Counted from the stretch's first letter, positions 30,056-40,089 are shown. The stretch is 64,000 nt of DNA from a bacterium (GCA_965242885.1 CBDETH010000008.1:461537-525536), one strand, 5' to 3'. Numbers and translations are program-made. The notes: generated by a model from the sequence alone, not told the origin.

Positions 30056-31345
30056 TCAAGACCTGTCGGCTGGCGACGGTTGCGACAGCAGCCAGATCGC
30101 CCGCGTCCAATGGAATGCCGCCGTGATCACCGTCCAGATCGCCACGCAGGTGAACGCTTCCTCCAGCATACCTGCTGCCAGACCCGCGAGCAGCAGCAGG
30201 ACATTCGTATTGCGCCGGGCGCCAATACGGCGAAAAAAGCGATCCACGGGCGCGTAGTCAAACAGTTCTATGCCCTGCCTGGACTTGAACATCCCCGTGG
30301 CTGCCTTGTCAAACAGATAAAAGAACGTGATCACCGCGGCGAGCACAAAGGGACCGACCACCTCGCCGCCGGCGCTGAGCATCCACCCCAGGGCCCAGTA
30401 CCAAGTCAGCTCCCAGACCACGTCCAGGATGTGTTCGAAACGGTCCCCGAACCGCGTGCATCGCACCGTCACACGGGCCAACTTGCCGTCGACTCCGTCC
30501 AGCACACCGACGATGAAGGCAATCACCAGTCCGACGGCCAGGTATCCCGTGCCCATCTGCCCGATAGCCAGAAGTCCGGTGGTCAGAAAGGCGAGCAGTA
30601 TGGAGAAAGTGGTCACCTGGTTCGGCGTCACGGTACTGGCGGAAATCCATTTCGTAAGCAGGTTTTCCAGGGGCGGATGGATGAACTCCGCGGGAAAATC
30701 CAGCGTGCCCTTCTGCGCGGCGTCGGTCAGCAGGGCCTCCGCCCGGTGGATCTTCAGGTCCGAATCGACGACCAGCCACCAGGGGGGCAGGCTTCGGCGC
30801 AGATCCACGATATAGGGATCCAATTCGCGCAGGTCAAATTCCGGACAGGTCGATTCCAGCGTCGAGTCCAGCGCGGACCAAAACGACTCGGAGCCGTTCC
30901 AGGACGCCGTGAGCCCCGCGAGGAGGTCAGCGTCCGCCACCAGCAGCCTGCAGGACTCCGTGATCGCCGAGTCCACGGCTTTCCGGTTCGGGCCGCCGTC
31001 GATCATAGCCCGCAGAACCCGCGGGTCGTACAGGTGGCCGGCATCCATGACCAGAGCCGTTTCGTCCTGCCCGGCCAGCCAGCCGGCGGTGTCGTCGTCC
31101 GACCGCACGCATTCGACGGCGTCCAGTTCGTGGTACCAGCGATCGTCGAATCCGTCGATCCGAACGTTCGATTCCCGGACGTTCGGGTCCCGACCGGGGG
31201 AGGGTCCGACAACCGTGACCCGCCGGGCCCCCAGGGAAGCGAAGACCCGGAGGTGCCGCTCCAGCAGTGAAATGCCGTATATCGACCGGCCAGCGCCGGC
31301 CGCCGTGGTTTCCGTATCCGCGAACAGGACTACGCTGAATCTCAT
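30056..31345 (-). CDS. CDP-alcohol phosphotransferase with a degenerate N-terminal NTP-transferase-like domain
   Basis: TPNQVT and DGVDGKLAR...FGDRFEHILD motif with C-terminal TMs. The N-terminus has GISLLERHLR..LGARRV but lacks the AAG.G.R nucleotide-binding motif. Confidence 0.85.
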   Translation of the reverse strand: MRFSVVLFADTETTAAGAGRSIYGISLLERHLRVFASLGARRVTVVGPSPGRDPNVRESNVRIDGFDDRWYHELDAVECVRSDDDTAGWLAGQDETALVMDAGHLYDPRVLRAMIDGGPNRKAVDSAITESCRLLVADADLLAGLTASWNGSESFWSALDSTLESTCPEFDLRELDPYIVDLRRSLPPWWLVVDSDLKIHRAEALLTDAAQKGTLDFPAEFIHPPLENLLTKWISASTVTPNQVTTFSILLAFLTTGLLAIGQMGTGYLAVGLVIAFIVGVLDGVDGKLARVTVRCTRFGDRFEHILDVVWELTWYWALGWMLSAGGEVVGPFVLAAVITFFYLFDKAATGMFKSRQGIELFDYAPVDRFFRRIGARRNTNVLLLLAGLAAGMLEEAFTCVAIWTVITAAFHWTRAIWLLSQPSPADRS

Positions 31346-32868
31346 GGTCCGCTCCGTCCGCGCAAGCGCCGGAGGGCGATCCGGTCATCCTCTTCCAGCC
31401 CCAGGAGACCCAGTACGCCCAGGTAGGCGGCCAGGAAGATCGTGGGTACCGCGGCCATGCGCAGCCACGGTAAGTCCGGCGCGTAGACGCCCGCCACGTA
31501 TGCACATGCGAAGGCGGGTACAGCTGCGGCGCATGGTTTCAGGATAAGCCAGGACAGGGGAAGGATCCGGAACAGATGATACACTTCAACCAGGCGGATC
31601 AGCGTCAACAGCCCGAAGGCCGCCAACGTTCCCAGGGCCGCGCCCAGGATGCCCAGGGCCGGAATCAGCCACAGGTTCAGGACGAAATTGACCACCACGA
31701 CCACGACCGTGTTCACGAGGTTCAGCCAGGGCCGTCCCGACATGATGAGCACCGTATCGCCCGATCCCATGGCGGCGTAGACGACCTGGCTCATGGCCAG
31801 GACGACCATCGTCATGAATCCCGCGACGAATTCGGGTCCGAAAAGTCCAAGCAGTTCGTTACCGATCAAAGACACCACGCAGAGGAACGCCAGGCCGATG
31901 GTCAGCACCCACCGGGTGACCAGCCGGAGATTGAGCTCCAGCCGCCGCAGGTCGTTGCGGTGACTCAGTTCGGCCACGATGGGACTGAAAACGGGGTCGA
32001 ACCACTGTCGGACCTTCTTGGTCGCCAGGGCGATTTCGACCGCGATCACGTAAACGCCCACCTGTGCGGCCGGCAGAAAGTAGCCGACCATGAGCACGTC
32101 CAGCCGGATCATGAACATGTAGACCAGCTCATAGCCCATGACCGGTAGCGAGAAGCGGGTCAGCGGGGTGACAGCCCGCAGTGCCCGCAGGTGGACGAGA
32201 CAGGACCGCCAGGAATAGAACCGGGTGAATACGTAAACGGCGAATAGCAGGCAGCAGGCCAGCGCGGCCAGGTGGGCCGCGGCAATGCCGTAGGTGCGCC
32301 AGCCCGCGTAGAACAGGACACAGGCCGCCCCGAACAGCACCAGCGGCTCGACGGCGCCCCGGACCATGGCGTCGTACTTCATGACCTTGTGCGCCCGTGT
32401 GACGCCCAGGATGACCTGGGTCAGGGCGATGAGCGGCAGGCCGACCGCCAGCAGCCGCAGTATGCCGGTGAGCCGGGGCTTGTCGAGCAAGCCGTCCGCC
32501 AGTGGGGCCGCTCCGGCATAAAGCGCGGCGCCGATCCCCGCGCTCAGCAGCAGGCCCACGCCCAGGGCCTGCGCGATGGTCCGGTGGATAGCCTCCGTTT
32601 CCCCGTCCTCACGCAGGCGCGGGATGAAATTGACCAGCCCCTTGTCCAGCGAGAATTGGCCGACCTTCGACACGAGGTCCACGATGGTCCACCCCAGCAT
32701 GTACAGACCGAAGATCTCGGCGCCGAACAGCCGCGTAAGGACGATGAACGATACGGACTTGATCAGCCGCGCTACCGTTCCGATGAAATTGACGGCCGCG
32801 CCCCGTGCGATCGTCGATGCGTCGGATCGGGACCGGTCCGGAGCCGGTTGCTCCCGGGTATGCGTCAT
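31342..32868 (-). CDS. Wzx/RfbX-like (MOP superfamily) polysaccharide flippase
   Basis: About 12-14 TM segments, TRLFGAEIFGLY and RLDVLMVGYFLPAAQVGVY. ATGA overlaps at both ends. Confidence 0.85.
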   Translation of the reverse strand: MTHTREQPAPDRSRSDASTIARGAAVNFIGTVARLIKSVSFIVLTRLFGAEIFGLYMLGWTIVDLVSKVGQFSLDKGLVNFIPRLREDGETEAIHRTIAQALGVGLLLSAGIGAALYAGAAPLADGLLDKPRLTGILRLLAVGLPLIALTQVILGVTRAHKVMKYDAMVRGAVEPLVLFGAACVLFYAGWRTYGIAAAHLAALACCLLFAVYVFTRFYSWRSCLVHLRALRAVTPLTRFSLPVMGYELVYMFMIRLDVLMVGYFLPAAQVGVYVIAVEIALATKKVRQWFDPVFSPIVAELSHRNDLRRLELNLRLVTRWVLTIGLAFLCVVSLIGNELLGLFGPEFVAGFMTMVVLAMSQVVYAAMGSGDTVLIMSGRPWLNLVNTVVVVVVNFVLNLWLIPALGILGAALGTLAAFGLLTLIRLVEVYHLFRILPLSWLILKPCAAAVPAFACAYVAGVYAPDLPWLRMAAVPTIFLAAYLGVLGLLGLEEDDRIALRRLRGRSGP

Positions 32869-33686
32869 GATGGGGAATTCGCCAGTCCGGGCTCGGGTCC
32901 GGGCTCGGGTCCGGGTTCGGGTCCGGGCTCGGGTCCGGGGGTCATCCTGTCCGCTTCGATCAACAGGGTCCATCCCCGCTGGTTCGGGGTGAACAGGTTG
33001 ATGATCGCGGATACCGCCCTGCCGGCCGAAACCAGTCCCAACCGGATCAACGCCGCCGGGACCGCGTGCATGCGCTCCGTGGCGTAACTCAGCCGGATCA
33101 ACGTCAGGTCCAGCCGGGAACGAAGCAGGTACCGGTGTCTGATCAGTCTGAATCCACAGGCCTCCAGCAACGAGCCGACCGACGAGTGCGTGTAGAACTG
33201 AAGGACGCTGTGGCGCTTCCTGTGCTCGGTGCGCCACGACTCGCCGATCTCCTCGAGACTCAGGCTGTCCAGCGTCAGCAGGATGCGACCCCCGGGCCGC
33301 AACACGCGCCACATCTCACGCAGCGTCTGCCGGTCGTCCGGCAGGTGCTCGAAGACGCACAGGCTCATGACCGTGTCGAACTGCCCGGAGCGAAGGGGAA
33401 ACGCGTCCGCATGGGCGCAGACGAATCCCGTGAAGGGCGTCTTGTGGTAGGCCTGGGCACGGCGTAACTGGTTCTGGTCCAGGTCGAAACCGAACACCCT
33501 GGCGCCCCGCAGGGCGACCCGGTAATCGTAGGTCCCTTCTCCGCAACCGATATCGAGTATACGCTCGTCTTTGCGTGGCTTCAGCCAGCGTAACGCGGGG
33601 ACGGTTTCCTGGGCCCGGCGAAAATTGAAATCCTTCCTGAGCCGGAGGGCGAAGAGTCCCCTTGCACGGTCCCGCAACCCGCTCAT
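32865..33686 (-). CDS. Class I SAM-dependent methyltransferase
   Basis: ILDIGCGEG, FDTV, VFEHL and RVLRPGG. C-terminal PGPE repeat. ATGA overlap with the upstream gene. Confidence 0.88.
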   Translation of the reverse strand: MSGLRDRARGLFALRLRKDFNFRRAQETVPALRWLKPRKDERILDIGCGEGTYDYRVALRGARVFGFDLDQNQLRRAQAYHKTPFTGFVCAHADAFPLRSGQFDTVMSLCVFEHLPDDRQTLREMWRVLRPGGRILLTLDSLSLEEIGESWRTEHRKRHSVLQFYTHSSVGSLLEACGFRLIRHRYLLRSRLDLTLIRLSYATERMHAVPAALIRLGLVSAGRAVSAIINLFTPNQRGWTLLIEADRMTPGPEPGPEPGPEPGPEPGLANSPS

Positions 33687-35134
33687 GAGCGCATGTCCCC
33701 GGCCACCGTCCGGTCCCGCGCCAGCAGCCTTCCCGTCGAAATGAATATGGCCAGTCCCATGGCCAGGCCACCGGCCGTAACGGTCCAGAACATCCAGTTC
33801 AGCAGGTCGAGCGCGGCGAAACACAGCAGCAGCATGGTAAAGAAATCTCTCTTGGCCATCATCCTGAACAGGTTAAGCAGCCTTGCGGCGAGGTGGCGCC
33901 GCCGCCCGACGGCGTGTTCTTCGAAGGCCCGGTTGAACCGGACCAGGCTTCCGCTCCCCCCGGTCTGCAGCAGATAGTAATACATCACGAGAATCGACGC
34001 GGCCACTACGACGACGGATCCCAGGCCGAGGGACCGGACGACCGTTTCCCCGGAGCCGCCCGCGTAGGCCCAGACCACGGCCGCGAAGAACGCCAGGTAG
34101 GTCAGGTTGTCCGTGATCGTGTCGAGCCACGAGCCGTATTTCGATTCACGGTAGGTAAGCACCGCCACCTCCCCGTCGCAGCCGTCGAGGATGGACGAAG
34201 CCTGGAACAGCAATGCGCCCAGCAGCACCGACCAGTAGGTGCCGTCCAGCACGGACCACGCCCCGGCCAGGCCGGTGAGAAACGTGATCAGGGTCACCAT
34301 GTTCGGGGTGACCGGCGTCCGGACCAGCCACCGGCTGACCCGGGTCGAGATCGGCCGGTTGATATGCCGGGACACCCAGCCGTCGGTGGGTTTTACGAGG
34401 CGTCCCACCAGTGTCCTTTCGCCATGGGCAAGCATCTCGGGTGTATCCACGTCCTGCCAGTAACCATCGCCCACGTCGAAGGCGCGCATCCGCCCTTCCG
34501 CGGAAAGCGACCGGATGCCGTCGCTCAACGCGCAACCCTCCGGTCCGTCCACGGCCTCCAGGGCGTCGAACAGGGCCGGCGTACAGAGGAACATGCCGGT
34601 GTCCACCGCGTTGAACGCCTGCAGTTCCTTGTCGATGCGCACCACTCTATCCCCGCGCACTTCGACCTTGGTCGCGTCGTCCACGTCGTACACGCGGTCG
34701 ATTTTTCGGTCGACGGCGAGCAGGCACTCCCCATCGGCCACCGGTTCCTCGAGCAGACGTTCCAGCGTCCGTTGCTCGAAGAGGTGATCGGCCATGAGCA
34801 GCACGAACGGTTCCGCCAGGCGGGAGCGGGCGGCCAGGGCGGAAACCCCGTTTGGCAGATGCCACCGTTCGTTGTGCACCCACTCGATCTCGAGGGCGTC
34901 CAGGCCGGGATCGTTGGAAAGGACTTCGTGAAACCGGTCCGCCTCGTACCCCGTTACGATTACGAAGCGCGATACGCCGGCCCGCGCCGCCGTCAATATG
35001 ATCCGCTTGATCAACGGCACCCCGCATAGCTTCAACAGGGGTTTGGGCACCGGGCCTGTGACCGGCTGTAGGCGCACGCCCGCGCCGCCGGCGATGATGA
35101 GCGCCGGGGCCGCTCTTCGGGTATAATGATCCAT
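33683..35134 (-). CDS. Bifunctional NTP-transferase / CDP-alcohol phosphotransferase (IPCT/DIPPS-like)
   Basis: IIAGGAGVRL..PKPL, NGVS, MADHLF, DDATKV, AVDTGMF and WQDVDT, followed by DGWVSRHINRPIS, TPNMVT and DGCDGEVA...GSWLD. Confidence 0.88.
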   Translation of the reverse strand: MDHYTRRAAPALIIAGGAGVRLQPVTGPVPKPLLKLCGVPLIKRIILTAARAGVSRFVIVTGYEADRFHEVLSNDPGLDALEIEWVHNERWHLPNGVSALAARSRLAEPFVLLMADHLFEQRTLERLLEEPVADGECLLAVDRKIDRVYDVDDATKVEVRGDRVVRIDKELQAFNAVDTGMFLCTPALFDALEAVDGPEGCALSDGIRSLSAEGRMRAFDVGDGYWQDVDTPEMLAHGERTLVGRLVKPTDGWVSRHINRPISTRVSRWLVRTPVTPNMVTLITFLTGLAGAWSVLDGTYWSVLLGALLFQASSILDGCDGEVAVLTYRESKYGSWLDTITDNLTYLAFFAAVVWAYAGGSGETVVRSLGLGSVVVVAASILVMYYYLLQTGGSGSLVRFNRAFEEHAVGRRRHLAARLLNLFRMMAKRDFFTMLLLCFAALDLLNWMFWTVTAGGLAMGLAIFISTGRLLARDRTVAGDMRS

Positions 35135-35174
35135 TTGCGAATGATTCAGATGGCCATATGGACGAAGGAAGAAG

Positions 35175-37061
35175 CTAGAAGATCGCGGAAAAGCCCAGCG
35201 TCATCTCCGGGTAAGGACGAGAGACGACGTCCAGTTCTTTCCGGTAGGATGCCTGTACGACCACGGCGACGTGCCGTTCCCAGTAGTAACGCAGCCCGAC
35301 CCCGGCGTCGATCATGGTCATGTTCCGGTTCTGCGGCCTGATCTCCAGGCCGGCGCCCCATCCGAAGAAAGGCGTGAAGGAATCGCCCGGAACGAGCAGA
35401 TTGTACCGGTAGAAGGCGCCGATCCGGGTGATCCGTTCGGCCTGCTCTTCCTCTGAGGACTCAAGCGCCGGCCCCTGCGCCGACGAGGTCCCGTAACCTG
35501 CCAGTCTCCGGGCCCGAAGGAGTGAACCGCCGTACGGGGCGCCTGCGGGCCGCCGGGCATCGTCAAAGGCTTCCGTATCGTTGGGTCTTCGTATGGAAAA
35601 CACGCCGCCGAACTGATGGGTCGGTGTTATGAAATAGCCTGCGCTCAGGGAGACCGTACCGGGATCGAACAGCTCGTTGCCGGTCCGGCCCACGCCCTGC
35701 ACCTCGATACGTCCCTGCCTGGCCTGGTTGCCCGTCGACAGGGTCCGATCCGGGATGACCGGGGCGTCGGAATGACCAAGCACGGCGGGGTTGATCCGTT
35801 CGCGCGCCGTGGTTTCGAGTATCCCGCCTCGGGCAGGGACGGAAGGTTTTTCCATCATGGCGGCCATGGACCTGCGCGGGGCGGGCCGGCCGTCTACCAT
35901 GGTCCGGCGATCGACTTCCCGATCTGGCGGCAGGGGCGCGTCCGCTACCCGCGCTACCAGCGTCTCAGGGCCCGGACCATCTTGATGCCGGGTACCGGGT
36001 GCCGTATCGATCGGGACGGGAACCGTCGGTTCGGCGGGCATGCTCGTCCGCGACGGTACGGGCGCGTCTCCGGGGGCATCGACCGCCGGCCGCAACAGGG
36101 GCATGACCGCGATCAGCGAGCAGATACCGGCGGCCAGCAGCGGGAAGAAGGCGCGGTCCTTCCGGTACACCGTCGAACCGAGCACATCCCGGATACGCTG
36201 TGCCGCCATGGAGGCCGACCGGGCCAGTTCGAGGGCGGCCTGCCATTGCGTCCGGACCCTGCCCGTGGCTACCTTCAACAGGGTGGAAGCATAGCGCTCC
36301 GGCTGCCTGGAAACACGGACGACGTCCGCGTCGCAGGCCCGTTCCGCTTCGATCCCGGCCCGATACGCGGCATACCACACCGCCGGGTGGAAGAAGAAGA
36401 AGAACCTGCTGAACTGGACCAGGAAGACCGTCAGGTGGTCCCGCCGTGCATAGTGGGCCAGTTCATGGAGCAGGACCTGCCTGAGTTCCGCGCTGGAAAG
36501 CTCAAGGATGCACCAGGAGGGGATGACGACGGCGGGGCGTCCGGCGGCGATCAGGACGGGCACCTCAAACTCGTCGGAGACCCGCAGGGCCACGCTGCGT
36601 TTCAAGCCCGATTCGGCCAGGCAGCGGTCGAACAGCGCGCTTACCCGGGGGACGGCGACCGGGACGGACCGCCGCCTTCTCCGGGTCATGGTGACGACCG
36701 ATGAACCGATGCGATAGAGGCCGAAACCGGCGAAACCCATCCAGACCAGACCCGCGACGGCGTAGACTCCGGATGCCAGGGCGTTGTGACCGCCCGCGGC
36801 GGGCACACCATGGCTTGCCATCGACGCCCACGGGATTTCGACCGGTCCATGCCAGGGCAGCACGAGGGTCAGCAGCGGTTTGGCCAGCACCAGCAGCCAG
36901 AGGAAGTGCCGTATCCTGGCCGGGCATCCCGGGTTCACGAACAGCAGCACCCAGACCAGCGCGCCCAGAAGCAACGCTTCCAGGCTTGGAAGCCACAACA
37001 GGTCCACGACCTGCCGTCCGAACGGCTCGAAGAGGCCTATGACGTGGCCGGAATCAAGCAT
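35175..37061 (-). CDS. BlaR1/MecR1-like M56 metallopeptidase with Pro-rich linker and beta-barrel-like C-terminal domain
   Basis: N-terminal TMs, VLLHELAHYARRD, FFFHPAVW and ERACD. The C-terminus has alternating beta-strands (FYRYN, TPFFGWGAG, DAGVGLRYY, LGFSAIF). Confidence 0.8.
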   Translation of the reverse strand: MLDSGHVIGLFEPFGRQVVDLLWLPSLEALLLGALVWVLLFVNPGCPARIRHFLWLLVLAKPLLTLVLPWHGPVEIPWASMASHGVPAAGGHNALASGVYAVAGLVWMGFAGFGLYRIGSSVVTMTRRRRRSVPVAVPRVSALFDRCLAESGLKRSVALRVSDEFEVPVLIAAGRPAVVIPSWCILELSSAELRQVLLHELAHYARRDHLTVFLVQFSRFFFFFHPAVWYAAYRAGIEAERACDADVVRVSRQPERYASTLLKVATGRVRTQWQAALELARSASMAAQRIRDVLGSTVYRKDRAFFPLLAAGICSLIAVMPLLRPAVDAPGDAPVPSRTSMPAEPTVPVPIDTAPGTRHQDGPGPETLVARVADAPLPPDREVDRRTMVDGRPAPRRSMAAMMEKPSVPARGGILETTARERINPAVLGHSDAPVIPDRTLSTGNQARQGRIEVQGVGRTGNELFDPGTVSLSAGYFITPTHQFGGVFSIRRPNDTEAFDDARRPAGAPYGGSLLRARRLAGYGTSSAQGPALESSEEEQAERITRIGAFYRYNLLVPGDSFTPFFGWGAGLEIRPQNRNMTMIDAGVGLRYYWERHVAVVVQASYRKELDVVSRPYPEMTLGFSAIF

Positions 37062-37509
37062 CCGATGCCTCCGGCTTCGGCTTCGGCTTCGACTTCGACG
37101 CGTCCGGCGCCTCCAGCATCTCCGAGCCCTCCGAGGCCATCCGGTCCAGCAGTTTGCGCAGGCTCTCGGCTTCTTCCGCGGTCAAGGCGTCCGATTCGAT
37201 CAGGTGCAGCACCAGGGACTGCGGCGATCCGGCGAACAGCTTGTCCACGACGGCCCGGACGGTTTCCCGGCGCACGCCCTCGGGTTTCAGGATGGCGGTG
37301 TAGACAAAGGCCCGGCCTTCGCGGGTATACCGGACGACGCCCTTCTGGGTGAGTATGGACAGGACTGTTTGTACCGTGGTATACGCCAGGGGACGCTGGT
37401 TTCGAAGCGAATCGACGATCTGGCGCACAGTTGCCCGTCCCAGCCGCCAGACGACGTTCATGATATCGATTTCCAGGTCCGTCAACGACGACAGCTTCTT
37501 TCTCGCCAT
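37054..37509 (-). CDS. blaI: BlaI/MecI/CopY family transcriptional repressor
   Basis: LTDLEIDIMNVVW, LAYTTVQTVLSILTQKG, GRAFVY and LFAGS..SLVLHL. Confidence 0.9.
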   Translation of the reverse strand: MARKKLSSLTDLEIDIMNVVWRLGRATVRQIVDSLRNQRPLAYTTVQTVLSILTQKGVVRYTREGRAFVYTAILKPEGVRRETVRAVVDKLFAGSPQSLVLHLIESDALTAEEAESLRKLLDRMASEGSEMLEAPDASKSKPKPKPEASDA

Positions 37510-37728
37510 CCGTTCCCTTCCCCGGTTCACCACGCCGACGCGTCCGGCCGAGGTGTTCCTGCACTACGCGATTGCGCACTGCGATTGCGACCAAAGATTT
37601 CGTTAGTTAAATATATGCCCTAATGTATTTTAATTAACGCGCGCGCGGCGAATTGTCAATCCAAAGTTATCCCCCTGGATCCCCGGGAAACCGGCGTTTG
37701 CCGGCCTGTTTCGGACCTGGTATCTGAT

Positions 37729-38469
37729 ATGAGTCTTAAACCCGTCTACTTCATTTCCGACGCCCACCTCGGCACCGAAGATTACAGGGCGGAAGAAGAG
37801 AGAAGAGACCGGTTGCTGGACTTCCTGCGAAGTCTCAGGAGCCGGGCCGGCCATCTGTACATCGTGGGTGATCTGTTCGATTTCTGGTTCGAGTACCGCA
37901 CCGTGGTGCCGCGCCAGCACTACACGGTGCTGCACGGGCTGAGCTCGCTGGTCGAAAGCGGCGTCCGGGTCACCTATCTCGCGGGAAACCACGACTTCTG
38001 GCTGGGGACCTTCCTGGACGAGCAGGTTGGGGTGGAAACAGCCGAGGGACCGCTCACTGTAACTCATCACGGCCGGAAGATCTATATCGCCCACGGCCAC
38101 GGCCTCATATCCAGGGACCTTGGATACCGCCTGCTTTCGAAGGTCATGCACAGCGCCTTCAGCATCCGCCTGTTTCAGCTTATTCACCCGGACTGCGGTT
38201 TCGGGATCGGCCGCCTGGTCTCGCGGCTGAGCAGGCGCCACGGCACACCCACGGCGTGGGACCCGCGGGAAGCATACCGGGACCTGGCCTTCTCACTGCT
38301 CGACCAGGGTTACGATGCGGTGGTCTTCGGACACAACCACTGCCCGACGCTGCAACATAAAGAGGACAAGGTCTACATAAACCTGGGGGACTGGCTTCAG
38401 CACGACACCTATGGCGTTTTGCGCGACGGAGTGATGACCCTGGAACGGTACGGGGCCGTGGGCGAATAA
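37729..38469 (+). CDS. lpxH: UDP-2,3-diacylglucosamine diphosphatase-like metallophosphoesterase
   Basis: FISDAHLG, GDLFDFW, GNHD, AHG, GHNH.P and NLGDW. Confidence 0.78.
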   Translation: MSLKPVYFISDAHLGTEDYRAEEERRDRLLDFLRSLRSRAGHLYIVGDLFDFWFEYRTVVPRQHYTVLHGLSSLVESGVRVTYLAGNHDFWLGTFLDEQVGVETAEGPLTVTHHGRKIYIAHGHGLISRDLGYRLLSKVMHSAFSIRLFQLIHPDCGFGIGRLVSRLSRRHGTPTAWDPREAYRDLAFSLLDQGYDAVVFGHNHCPTLQHKEDKVYINLGDWLQHDTYGVLRDGVMTLERYGAVGE

Positions 38470-38497
38470 GCACGAAATGTAGAACATCCTTCAAAGG

Positions 38498-38531
38498 AAA
38501 AGCCCCGGCACGTATCCGCGCCGAGGCTTTT
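38498..38531. terminator. Bidirectional intrinsic terminator between convergent genes
   Basis: AAAAGCCCCGGC...GCCGAGGCTTTT hairpin with A and T tracts on either side. Confidence 0.7.
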
Positions 38532-38790
38532 GTATGTCAGGCCGCTCGCCCCTTTCAGTGGCCGTAGCTCCTACTCAGGGCGAACGGGAAGGTGTTCCAG
38601 GATGCCTGATACAAATGCATGAGGCTTCCGCGAAGGCTGATCCCCGGGAGAGGATCCTGACCCCATTTTTGGATAATCCCAGGCGACACCCCAGAACTTC
38701 TACGGTACTTCCAGGACTCTTTCTGCACCCTGGCTACGGGCCCGGATTATCCCGAACCTGGTGAACGGTTATGCGACCTGAAACGACGGT

Positions 38791-40089
38791 TCAGGGCGCG
38801 TTGATGAAGATCGGAGCCAGAGGCAAATCCTCTGCCCCGGGAATCGAAACCACCAGATACGCCGTCCCATGACCAACGATCCACTCCTCAGTGGTTGGGA
38901 TGGTGATTGTCCCTAGTGCGTTAGCTATTGTGGCCGGGGTCTGGTTTTCCGGTATTGTGATCACGTCCGGGTTCTGGCTTCGTAGGGTCGGCGACAAGGC
39001 ATCGTCATTGTTCGAAGTCTTGCCGTCGGGACCGACCTCCAGCACCTGGATTCGAAGCACGATGTTCGTGACAGGCTCTACTGATCTCGTCACCGCTTCA
39101 TTCACGTCAGTAGTGGCTGGATCATCGTCGACGGCAAGCGTCAGCGTCCTGGTACGGTCGGCAGTACTGGACGGGTACGGATTCATCACGTATCTGATGA
39201 CACCGGTACCGCCAGCGACGGTTACCGTGATCTTGGCCTTGGATGTAACCCCCTGGCCCTGGGCCGTGATCTCGGCTTTGCCTCTGCCTTCCGCCGTGAT
39301 CGTATTACCGTCCACGCTGACAACGTCGGTATCGGAACTTACCCAGTCAATCAGCGCTTCGGCGCCGTCGATTACGTCTCCGTCTTCTTCCTCATTGTAG
39401 GCGACGGGAGTCATCAATTCGATCGAACCGCCGACCGGCAGCACATAAGAGGTCGCCTGGCCTGATGCAAACTCGATCCGCTTGATCAGGTCGAGCACCT
39501 TGATGGTCAGGTCGATTTCCACACCTCGTCCCACTGCGGTGACCGTTACCGTCGCCTTGCCGGTCGGAGACGCGGCGTCGATGGTGCCTCCGTCGACCGT
39601 AACGGCGTCGGAATCGGAAGCCCAGTCGAACGTGATGGGCAGGGCCATACCGCTCTGGCTGGCGGCCTTTGCGGCGATCATTGTCATATCGCCCACGGCC
39701 ATGATCAGATCCAGGGTGTTTTCCGTACCTTCCCTGAGTTCGTAATCCGGCGCGTCAAACACGGCGATTTTCTTGTCGTTGCCATCCTGCATCAACTTGA
39801 TGTGATGAATATCGGACAGCACGCCGCTACCGATAATCTGATCCGCGTCGATGCCCTCGCCCTGGGGACCGGCGGGACCTTGCGGGCCGGCGGGACCAGG
39901 ATCACCCTTGTCGCCCTTGGGACCTGGCGGGCCCTCGGGACCCTGCGGACCAACCGCCCCTTGAGTACCAGTGGAACCTGCCACGCCCTGCGGACCCGCC
40001 GCACCTTGAGGACCGGCAGGCCCTGTCTTGCCTTCGCATCCCATCATGGATAGCGCGAACGCAATCACAATTACTATGAGGTAATGCAT
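38791..40089 (-). CDS. Lipoprotein with collagen-like triple-helix repeats and Ig-like (Big_2-type) domains
   Basis: Lipobox-like SMMG-C, ~20 Gly-X-Y repeats, and two W.SSD..V.SVDG.ITA.G.A.IT Ig-like motifs. Confidence 0.85.
   Translation of the reverse strand: MHYLIVIVIAFALSMMGCEGKTGPAGPQGAAGPQGVAGSTGTQGAVGPQGPEGPPGPKGDKGDPGPAGPQGPAGPQGEGIDADQIIGSGVLSDIHHIKLMQDGNDKKIAVFDAPDYELREGTENTLDLIMAVGDMTMIAAKAASQSGMALPITFDWASDSDAVTVDGGTIDAASPTGKATVTVTAVGRGVEIDLTIKVLDLIKRIEFASGQATSYVLPVGGSIELMTPVAYNEEEDGDVIDGAEALIDWVSSDTDVVSVDGNTITAEGRGKAEITAQGQGVTSKAKITVTVAGGTGVIRYVMNPYPSSTADRTRTLTLAVDDDPATTDVNEAVTRSVEPVTNIVLRIQVLEVGPDGKTSNNDDALSPTLRSQNPDVITIPENQTPATIANALGTITIPTTEEWIVGHGTAYLVVSIPGAEDLPLAPIFINAP

Noticed and set aside
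31342-33824. Longer versions of the flippase (from 33312) and methyltransferase (from 33824) ORFs
   Set aside because: The extensions overlap upstream genes. ATGA overlaps at 32868 and 33686 give coupled starts.
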